From Fibrobacter succinogenes subsp. succinogenes S85 (GTDB lineage Bacteria > Fibrobacterota > Fibrobacteria > Fibrobacterales > Fibrobacteraceae), in assembly GCF_000146505.1 (NCBI RefSeq), contig NC_017448.1, forward strand, positions 3,090,001-3,122,000: DNA of 32,000 bases, written 5' to 3'. Shown here in pieces: positions 24,658 through 31,313 of this stretch. A model generated the notes under the pieces. It ran no database searches. It was not told the origin of the DNA and saw only the letters and a program-made list of their open reading frames with translations. Every line of letters starts with the position of its first letter. Positions within the stretch are counted from its first letter, which is position 1. The position numbers and the translations under genes were made by a program.

Positions 24658-26094
24658 ATGCAGAACAAGATTTCGTACATCGTCATCATTGTGCTTGCGT
24701 TTGTATGCCTGATTCTTTCGATGAAACTCGGGCAGCAAAGCGATGTGGCGGAAATGCGAAAAAATTCGGCGGTATCGGGTTCTTCGGAGTTTGCCGAAGG
24801 AAATAAATCTTCGGTGCCGAAGGTTGCTGTTTTTGCTAGGGAGTCGAAAAAGTTTGCTGCTGACGAGTATGTTCTGTCGGTTGAACTTTCCATGGTTGGT
24901 ACCGATAAAAAAGTTCTTTATCGTAAGATGGGTGAAAAACGAAATCGCTTGTTTGAAATCCTGAAGTCTGTTGGCATTTCTGAATCGAATGTGGAACAAT
25001 CTAGTATTGAGCTTTCCAAGGAATGGGATTATGATTATCAGTATGCAAATCCGGGGAAGCGTTCGTTTCTTGGTTTTAGTTCAAGTCAAAAATTTAAGGT
25101 TCACGTAGGGACAAAGCAGTTGAAAAAAGATTTTATACAGCTTCTTTCGGCAGAGCCTGATTTTGAAATCAAAAGATCGGAACCTCAGTTAAAGGATATG
25201 GCCGCTTTGCAGGCTAAAGTCGTCAAGAATGTGTGTGACAAAGCGCTTGCGAAGGCTGAAAATTATGCACAAGGTGCTGGCGGCAAACTAGGAAAAATCT
25301 TGATGGCGAATGGAAATGTGGACCAGGATCGTTATTGGTGGTTCGAAAAAGCTGATTCCGTAGAGATTGAAGCTAGGTTGAGTCTTGAAATGGAGTTGCT
25401 TTCCAATGAAAAGGCCGAATCTTCTAATGAACCTGTAGTGCTTTTCGTTCACAATAATGAAGAACGCAAGTACGCCGCTGATGAATTTGAAGCAAATTTT
25501 ACTCTTGAAATAGTTGGTACAAATAAAAAAAGTTTGTATGAGTTGATGGAAAAACGTAGAGTCTCTATTCTTGAACGTTTGGATTCCTTAGATGTTCCGC
25601 GAACCGACGTTGATGATTTTGATATAAAACTCCAAAAGAATAGAACAAGACCGATGGCAAAAGTACGTTCATTGGGCGAATTTGGTGGGTACTCGGCTTC
25701 CAAATGCTTTAAGGTTTATGTAAAATCTATGGACGTTGCTAGTGCGCTAGTGAATGTGCTTGCTCAGGAACGAGATGTCGAGTTCTCTGGTGTTACGCCG
25801 AAACTCAAAAATAGGGATTCGTTGACTGCGGAAATTGAAATTTTGACAAGCCAAAAGGCGATGGAAAAAGCGGAAGCTTTTGCTGCTGGGCTTGGCATGA
25901 AAGTTGGCAAGATCGTTGATGTTGATGATGGAATGGTATCACGGGAATATTGGAATGAATATCGGGGAAAGTTAGCTCCAAAGTCTTATGGCGGGGGCAT
26001 TGTGCTTGGTAACGACATGCCTCCTCCATCTAGAGCAATCGCAGATTCCGTCACGGTCGGTGCTAGGATTAATTACGTCGTCGAACTCCAGTAA
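24658..26094 (+). CDS. Tandem-duplicated SIMPL/DUF541 domain protein (two SIMPL modules), N-terminal membrane anchor
   Basis: AAGGAG lies 6 nt upstream of the ATG. There are two internally homologous halves (...KKFAADEYVLSVELSMVGTDKK.LY... and ...RKYAADEFEANFTLEIVGTNKKSLY...). Each half ends with the SIMPL-like A.KA..kAeayA.G.G.KlGKI segment. Confidence 0.68.
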   Translation: MQNKISYIVIIVLAFVCLILSMKLGQQSDVAEMRKNSAVSGSSEFAEGNKSSVPKVAVFARESKKFAADEYVLSVELSMVGTDKKVLYRKMGEKRNRLFEILKSVGISESNVEQSSIELSKEWDYDYQYANPGKRSFLGFSSSQKFKVHVGTKQLKKDFIQLLSAEPDFEIKRSEPQLKDMAALQAKVVKNVCDKALAKAENYAQGAGGKLGKILMANGNVDQDRYWWFEKADSVEIEARLSLEMELLSNEKAESSNEPVVLFVHNNEERKYAADEFEANFTLEIVGTNKKSLYELMEKRRVSILERLDSLDVPRTDVDDFDIKLQKNRTRPMAKVRSLGEFGGYSASKCFKVYVKSMDVASALVNVLAQERDVEFSGVTPKLKNRDSLTAEIEILTSQKAMEKAEAFAAGLGMKVGKIVDVDDGMVSREYWNEYRGKLAPKSYGGGIVLGNDMPPPSRAIADSVTVGARINYVVELQ

Positions 26095-26156
26095 AGTGGT
26101 CTTTTGCTTGGAAAATGACTATTTTAAATTCAAAACATTAAAAAGAGGGCTTAACG

Positions 26157-26942
26157 ATGATCTCAAAATTGCTCAATATCATCTATCTCGTACTGCTAAT
26201 CGTCTGCGTGTGCGTTCTCATCCGCGTCGTGAAGGCGGAACCGGCTGCTGTTCCTGTGGCTGCATCTAACGGAGCGGTTGCATTCGAAGTCCCGCGCATC
26301 GAAGTTTCGGCTTCTGAAACCAAGAAATTTGCCGCCGACAAGTTCGAAATGGGTTTTAGCCTCGAAATCCGCGGCAAGGACAAGGAATCGGTTTCCAAGC
26401 GCTTGGCAGAACGTCGTTCCGTGATCTTCGAGAATGTGAAATCGCTTGAAATTCCGCAGTCCAACGTGGAACAGAACAGCGTTGAAATTCACAAGGAATG
26501 GTCTTATCGCAATAGCAAGCGTGAACTCGTCGGTTACGTGGCCACGCAGAGCTTTGTGATTACGGTGAACCGTAAGATTGATGCCGCCGCTCTCGTGCAG
26601 GCGCTTTCTTCGGAACCGGATGTCGAAATCCAGCGCACGTCCGCCCAGCTCAAGGATGTCGATGCGGTGCAGTCTACGGTCATCAAGGCGGCGGGTAAAA
26701 AGGCAACGGCCAAGGCTAATGACTATGCCGAAGGCGTTGGTGCAAAGCTCGGTCGCGTTCTTCAAATCAATGGCGAAGGCGGCGGAATCATCTACAACCA
26801 GTACAATCGTGTCTACCGTGCCAAGGGCGTCATGCTTGCGGCTAATGCCATGATGGACGGTGCCGCCGCTCCCGACGAAACCGCAATTGCCGACTCCGTC
26901 GAGGTAAGCGCTTCTGTCCGCGTCGTTTATGAACTAAAGTAG
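26157..26942 (+). CDS. SIMPL/DUF541 domain protein (single module), N-terminal membrane anchor
   Basis: It is a paralogue of the preceding gene (TKKFAADKFEMGFSLEIRGKDKESV...; AAGKKATAKANDYAEGVGAKLGRVLQI). Confidence 0.7.
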   Translation: MISKLLNIIYLVLLIVCVCVLIRVVKAEPAAVPVAASNGAVAFEVPRIEVSASETKKFAADKFEMGFSLEIRGKDKESVSKRLAERRSVIFENVKSLEIPQSNVEQNSVEIHKEWSYRNSKRELVGYVATQSFVITVNRKIDAAALVQALSSEPDVEIQRTSAQLKDVDAVQSTVIKAAGKKATAKANDYAEGVGAKLGRVLQINGEGGGIIYNQYNRVYRAKGVMLAANAMMDGAAAPDETAIADSVEVSASVRVVYELK

Positions 26943-27461
26943 TTCTAACAGACTTTCTTCATATTCCTTGGCCGCCTTTTCGAGGGCGGCTTTTGTCATA
27001 TCCGGGCTGCATCCGTAGAATCCAAGCGGCTTAAACCATTTCATGCCGGCGGCGTTCGCGGTCATTTCGAACGGGATGAGCATTTCTTCGGCGGTGTAGC
27101 GGTTGAGACCTTCGTGGGTGTAGTGTTCTGCGGCTGCGCCTGCTGTAAATACAACGCGTACGGGCATTCCCTTCAAGAAGTTGTCCGCGCTGTAGACAAT
27201 CGGGCTCATAATTTGGTCTTGCCAGTCGCGCAAGCTCGAGGGGGAGTTGTACCAATATATAGGGAACTGCCAAACGATCGCCTTGGACTCCCTCAACAAT
27301 TTTTTTTCGGCCTCCAGGTCGAAGTAGCCATTAACTCGGTTTTTGTCAAGGTGGTGAAACACAAAATTGGGATTTTTTCTGTTGATATCCACTAAGTGTT
27401 TGTTGAACATGGAGTTAGAAATGTTCGGATGCGATAGAAGAATTGTGATTTGATTGTTCAT
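26934..27461 (-). CDS. Flavodoxin-like fold NAD(P)H oxidoreductase (Flavodoxin_2 / general stress protein 14-like)
   Basis: 175-aa ORF with ITILLSHPN...S..NK and IVWQFPIYWYNSPSSLRDWQD, characteristic of the NQO/KefF/YwrO-type family. It is convergent with the preceding gene and overlaps its 3' end by 9 nt. Confidence 0.75.
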   Translation of the reverse strand: MNNQITILLSHPNISNSMFNKHLVDINRKNPNFVFHHLDKNRVNGYFDLEAEKKLLRESKAIVWQFPIYWYNSPSSLRDWQDQIMSPIVYSADNFLKGMPVRVVFTAGAAAEHYTHEGLNRYTAEEMLIPFEMTANAAGMKWFKPLGFYGCSPDMTKAALEKAAKEYEESLLELL

Positions 27462-27574
27462 TATTTTTTCTTGTTGATAAGTTGAGGAAATATTATAAAA
27501 AAATTACATCTTACGTGCAAAAAGTCTTCCAAATTGGACTAAGATTTATTATACTTGTAGTGATGTCGACCTAC

Positions 27575-27616
27575 ATCTTGTGGGTGTGGTTCGATCTTGA
27601 ACACAAGATATAGTAA
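27575..27616 (+). promoter_or_regulatory. Candidate operator upstream of nrdD: 8-bp inverted repeat plus an NrdR-box-like palindrome
   Basis: atcttgtg (27575-27582) and cacaagat (27602-27609) form an inverted repeat. acacaagatatagtaa (27601-27616) matches about 13/16 positions of the published NrdR box consensus acaCwAtATaTwGtgt as I recall it. No convincing second box lies at the canonical spacing. Confidence 0.3.
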
Positions 27617-27670
27617 AATCGGAGAAATTTGACTATATTTGAGGAAACGGGAATTGAAGGTTTTTTTTAG

Positions 27671-30002
27671 ATGATTTTTACTGTCAAAAAGCGCGACGGC
27701 CGCGAGATGCCGTTCAACATCGAAAAGATTGCTGATGCCGTAATCAAGGCTTTTAGAGCCTCTGGCGAACTGGATGAACAGATCAAGGCTTCCCAAGCCC
27801 AGATGAATTTGCTTGGAAGTGATGACCTTTTGACGAACGTCGCTCTCAAGGTTGCTGCCGAAGCTGTAGGCCACTTGGAAGCCGAAAATAAGACCAAGCC
27901 GGACATCGAAGAAATTCAGGATGCTGTTGAAAAGGCTTTGACCGAAGGTGGTTACGCCGATACCGCCAAGAGCTATATCTTGTATCGTGCCGAACGTACT
28001 CGCGTACGTGAAGTCAACACCCGCCTCATGCAGACGCTTCATGACATTACGTTCAGCTCTGCCAAGGAATCCGACCTCAAGCGCGAAAATGCCAATATCG
28101 ATGGCGATACGGCCATGGGTACCATGCTCAAGTACGGTTCCGAATCCGCTAAGCACTTCTATACGATGATGATGCTCAAGCCGGAACACAGCCGCGCTCA
28201 CATGGATGGTGACATTCACATCCATGACCTCGATTTCTATTCTCTTACGATGACCTGCTGCCAGATTGACCTCATTAAGTTGTTCAAGAATGGCTTCAAC
28301 ACAGGTCACGGTCACTTGCGTGAACCGAAGGATATCCGCAGCTACGCCGCTTTGGCCGCTATCGCCATTCAGAGTAACCAGAACGACCAGCACGGTGGAC
28401 AGTCCGTGCCGAACTTCGATTACGCCATGGCAAACGGTGTGCGCATCACGTACCGCAAGGCTTACCTTTCGAACATGGTCAAGGCTCTCATGCTTTTGAC
28501 GGGCAAGACCGAAGAAGAAATTCAGCCGGTGGTGAAAAAGCTCCACAGCGAAATGGCTGAAATGGGCATGGTGGCAACGCTCGTGCCGAATGAAAAGTTC
28601 CAGACAACTGAAGCCCACGAACTTTCCAAAACTTATGACGCCGAAACGGTAAAGAACGCCCAGAAGTTTGCCGAAAAGATGGCTTACGAAGAAACTGACA
28701 AGGCAACGTTCCAGGCCATGGAAGCTTTTGTCCACAACTTGAACTCCATGCACAGCCGCGCTGGTGCCCAGACTCCGTTCTCTAGCATCAACTATGGTAT
28801 GTGCACGGAACCGGAAGCCCGCATGGTCATGAAGAACTTGCTCCTCACGACCGAAGAAGGCCTCGGCGGTGGTGAAACGGCTATCTTCCCGATCCAGATT
28901 TTCCGCGTCAAGGACGGCATCAACCTCAATCCGGGCGAACCGAACTACGACTTGTTCAAGCTCGCCTGCCGCGTGAGTGCCAAGCGCCTGTTCCCGAACT
29001 TTAGCTTCCAGGACGCTCCGTACAACCTGCAGTACTACAAGCCGGGTCATCCGGAAACCGAAATTTCGTACATGGGCTGCCGTACCCGCGTGATTGGCAA
29101 CCATTACGACCCGAGCCGCGAAATCTCTTACGGCCGTGGCAACTTGAGCTTTACCTCGATTAACCTCCCGCGTATTGCCATCAAGATGAAGTCCGTGGAC
29201 TTGTTCTTCAAGGAACTCGACCGCATGCTTCAGCTCGTGAGCGACCAGCTCATGGAACGCTTTGCCGTGCAGAGCCGCCGCAAGGTCAAGAACTTCCCGT
29301 TCCTCATGGGACAGGGTGTGTGGATTGATTCCGACAAGCTCGGCTGGGAAGATACCGGTGGGTGAAGTCATCAAGCATGGAACACTTTCGATTGGCTTTA
29401 TCGGCCTTGCCGAAACCTTGGTGATGCTTACGGGCAAGCATCACGGCGAATCCGAAGCTTCTCAGGAACTCGGCCTCAAGATTATCGGTCACATGCGCGA
29501 ATTCTGCGACAAGGAATCCGAACGCCTTGGCCTCAACTTCAGCTTGCTTGCAACGCCGGCTGAAGGCCTCTCTGGCCGCTTTGTGCGCATGGACAAGAAG
29601 AAATTTGGCATTATCCCGGGCGTTACCGACCGCGATTACTACACCAACTCTTTCCACGTGCCGGTTTACTACAAGATTTCGGCTTTCAAGAAGCTCTCGC
29701 TGGAAGCCCCGTACCATGCGCTTACTAACGCTGGCCACATCAGCTACATCGAACTTGATGGCGACCCGACGCAGAACTTGGACGCTTTCGAAAAGATTGT
29801 GAAGCACATGGCAAAGGTGGGTATTGGTTACGGAAGCATCAACCATCCGGTGGACCGCGACCCGGTTTGCGGATTCGTGGGCGTGATTGGCGATGTTTGC
29901 CCGCGCTGCGGACGTAGCGAAGGCCATGCCATCTCTTGCGAAAAGCTCGAAGAACTTAGAAAGAAATTCCCTGGAATGCCCGCATTTAGAGGGATTAGGT
30001 AA
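27671..30002 (+). CDS. nrdD: Anaerobic (class III) ribonucleoside-triphosphate reductase NrdD body. The reading frame is interrupted by a +1 frameshift at 29360-29365, and the protein lacks the glycyl-radical C-terminus.
   Basis: ORF 27671-29365 has an N-terminal ATP-cone (MIFTVKKRDGREMPFNIEKIADAV...) and the barrel N-half. NrdD homology continues in the +1 frame from about 29362 (...EVIKHGTLSIGFIGLAETL...YYTNSFHVPV...NAGHISYIELD...INHPVDRDPVCGFVGVIGDVCPRCG), ending at TAA 30000-30002. Confidence 0.9.
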
Positions 30003-30063
30003 GTAGAACTTAGAACTTAGAGCTTAGAACTTAGACTAAGTTCTGCCAACTAAGTTCTGCCAA
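30003..30063. repeat. Composite repeat element: (TTAGAAC-like) x5 plus (CTAAGTTCTGCCAA) x2, in the gap between the nrdD body and the radical-loop minigene
   Basis: The units read gtagaac ttagaac ttagagc ttagaac ttaga, then ctaagttctgccaa twice (30036-30049 and 30050-30063). There is an 8-bp hairpin, agaactta-gac-taagttct (30026-30044), then a tgcggc-gaa-gccgca hairpin (30065-30079). The same two sequence words occur at 22819-22945. Confidence 0.9.
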
Positions 30064-30082
30064 CTGCGGCGAAGCCGCAAAC

Positions 30083-30088
30083 AAGGAG
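30083..30088 (+). promoter_or_regulatory. Shine-Dalgarno (AAGGAG) for the glycyl-radical minigene
   Basis: AAGGAG lies 8 nt upstream of ATG 30097. Confidence 0.6.
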
Positions 30089-30096
30089 TGCAAAAA

Positions 30097-30243
30097 ATGT
30101 CAGAAAAAGAACTCTCTCAGTATGGTGAAGGTGTTGGATTCGAACGTATCCGCCGCATTACGGGTTACCTCGTCGGTACAGTTGACCGTTTCAACAATGC
30201 CAAGCGCGCTGAAGTCAACGATCGCGTAAAGCACGGCGTATAA
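30097..30243 (+). CDS. 48-aa stand-alone NrdD glycyl-radical loop peptide (C-terminal NrdD domain encoded separately)
   Basis: This ORF is not in the supplied track because it is under 60 aa. It translates as MSEKELSQYGEGVGFERIRRITGYLVGTVDRFNNAKRAEVNDRVKHGV. That matches the extreme C-terminus of NrdD proteins (E. coli, from memory: RRVCGYLGSPDARPFNAGKQEEVKRRVKH), including the radical Gly in the GYL motif. Its TAA (30241-30243) is 1 nt from the nrdG ATG. Confidence 0.75.
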   Translation: MSEKELSQYGEGVGFERIRRITGYLVGTVDRFNNAKRAEVNDRVKHGV

Positions 30244-30244
30244 G

Positions 30245-30805
30245 ATGGATGAATATCCTCCACTGCGGATTGCAGGGATTGAGCCCGAATCATTCGTGGA
30301 CGGTCCCGGAATCCGCTTGACTGTGTTTACTCAGGGCTGTCACCACAACTGCCCGGGTTGCCAGAATCCGCAGACTCATGATTTTGAGGGCGGACACTTT
30401 ATCGAGCGCGAAGCGATCATCACAATGATCAAGGAAAATCCGCTGCTCGATGGCGTGACGTTTAGCGGAGGCGATCCGATGGACCAGGCGGCGGCACTTA
30501 TTCCGCTTGCCCGCGAAATCAAGGAACGCGGTCTCAATCTCGTGATTTTTACGGGATACACGTACGAACAGCTGATGAAGCTTACGCCCGAAAAGCCGGA
30601 GCTTTTTGAACTGCTCACGTTTGCGGACATCCTCATCGACGGTCCGTTTGTCATGGCGAAGAAGTCCCTGGACATTAAGTTCAGAGGTTCCTGGAACCAG
30701 CGCATTATCGATGTGCAAAAGAGCCTTGTCGAAGGCCATGTGGTCATCCACCAGATTCAACTGGACGAGATGGCGGAACACCCCGACAGGGAATACAATA
30801 CGTAA
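30245..30805 (+). CDS. nrdG: Anaerobic ribonucleotide reductase activating protein (radical SAM)
   Basis: 186-aa ORF with VDGPGIRLTVFTQGCHHNCPGCQNPQTH (the CxxxCxxC radical-SAM cluster in the NrdG context) and GVTFSGGDP. Confidence 0.9.
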   Translation: MDEYPPLRIAGIEPESFVDGPGIRLTVFTQGCHHNCPGCQNPQTHDFEGGHFIEREAIITMIKENPLLDGVTFSGGDPMDQAAALIPLAREIKERGLNLVIFTGYTYEQLMKLTPEKPELFELLTFADILIDGPFVMAKKSLDIKFRGSWNQRIIDVQKSLVEGHVVIHQIQLDEMAEHPDREYNT

Positions 30806-30839
30806 GTGCGGTAAATGCCCGCGCGAATCGTGAATGCCC

Positions 30840-30866
30840 AAAGGACGAGATTGAACTCGTCCTTTT
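30840..30866. terminator. Bidirectional terminator hairpin between convergent genes
   Basis: Stem aaaggacgag, loop attgaa, stem ctcgtccttt, flanked by A/T residues. It lies between the nrdG stop (30805) and the stop of the minus-strand 74-aa gene (30870). Confidence 0.7.
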
Positions 30867-30869
30867 GTG

Positions 30870-31094
30870 TTATGGGATAATTTGGTCTTTGGTCAGATTG
30901 AATCTGAGGATTAGTGTTTCCAAAGGGACCCCATCTTTGAAAAGGGCCCTAGCTGTTTCTAGCTTTTCGGCTTCGGCCTTGTTGAGCTCGTCACGTACCT
31001 TTTGTGTTTCTGCATGGGCATCGGCAAGTCTTTTACGGAATACATCGCCGGCACTCACAAAACCATATTTCTGTCCAATGCTAACGAATGCCAT
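30870..31094 (-). CDS. Hypothetical small protein (74 aa), helical, unknown function
   Basis: A strong RBS (AAGGAG, 6 nt spacer) precedes the ATG at 31094. The product MAFVSIGQKYGFVSAGDVFRKRLADAHAETQKVRDELNKAEAEKLETARALFKDGVPLETLILRFNLTKDQIIP has a coiled-coil-like middle and an HTH-like tail. No family is recognised. Confidence 0.5.
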   Translation of the reverse strand: MAFVSIGQKYGFVSAGDVFRKRLADAHAETQKVRDELNKAEAEKLETARALFKDGVPLETLILRFNLTKDQIIP

Positions 31095-31313
31095 TTCTAA
31101 CTCCTTGAGTTGTTCTTCTGTGAGGTACTTTAAAGCTACATTCGTTATGGAAAATAATCAAGTAGGCCTATTGTTGGGCTTGGGGAGGGCTGATGATTAG
31201 GAAAAAACGATGGAATTTGTGTCTTTGATACAATGTCGAAGGATTTTTCCGGAACAGACCTTTATATCGAGGATGAGGAATAATCTATATTACAAGTAAT
31301 AAAGGAGCCCGTT

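Noticed and set aside
27462-27670. Cobalamin riboswitch upstream of nrdD
   Set aside because: There is no B12-box-like element and no GC-rich multi-stem structure. The region is AT-rich and only ~200 nt long.
29363-29365. In-frame TGA in nrdD as selenocysteine or stop-codon read-through
   Set aside because: Reading through in the same frame gives a sequence with no NrdD similarity (…SHQAWNTFDWLYRP…). The +1 frame immediately gives the conserved KHGTLSIGFIGLAE block. The discontinuity is therefore a frameshift, not recoding of the stop.
27539-29437. 632-aa ORF antisense to nrdD. Other long antisense ORFs are similar: 21104-22636, 8827-10158, 19638-20606, 3089-4045, 1110-1781, 12461-13093, 17688-18431, 29304-29927 and 30290-30841.
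   Set aside because: Each lies opposite an ORF with clear family motifs (NrdD, GGDEF, adhesin repeats, LptG and so on). Their translations are low-complexity and Arg/His/Val-rich with no recognisable motifs. They are shadow ORFs produced by codon bias on the sense strand.
30003-30096. Group I intron (as in phage T4 nrdD) or intein separating the nrdD body from the radical loop
   Set aside because: The gap is only 94 nt and made of simple repeats and small hairpins, far too small for a group I/II intron core. There is no intein-like coding sequence. The two parts are in different frames, and the downstream part has its own RBS and ATG. Ribosomal bypassing cannot be excluded but has no specific support, because there are no matched take-off and landing codons.
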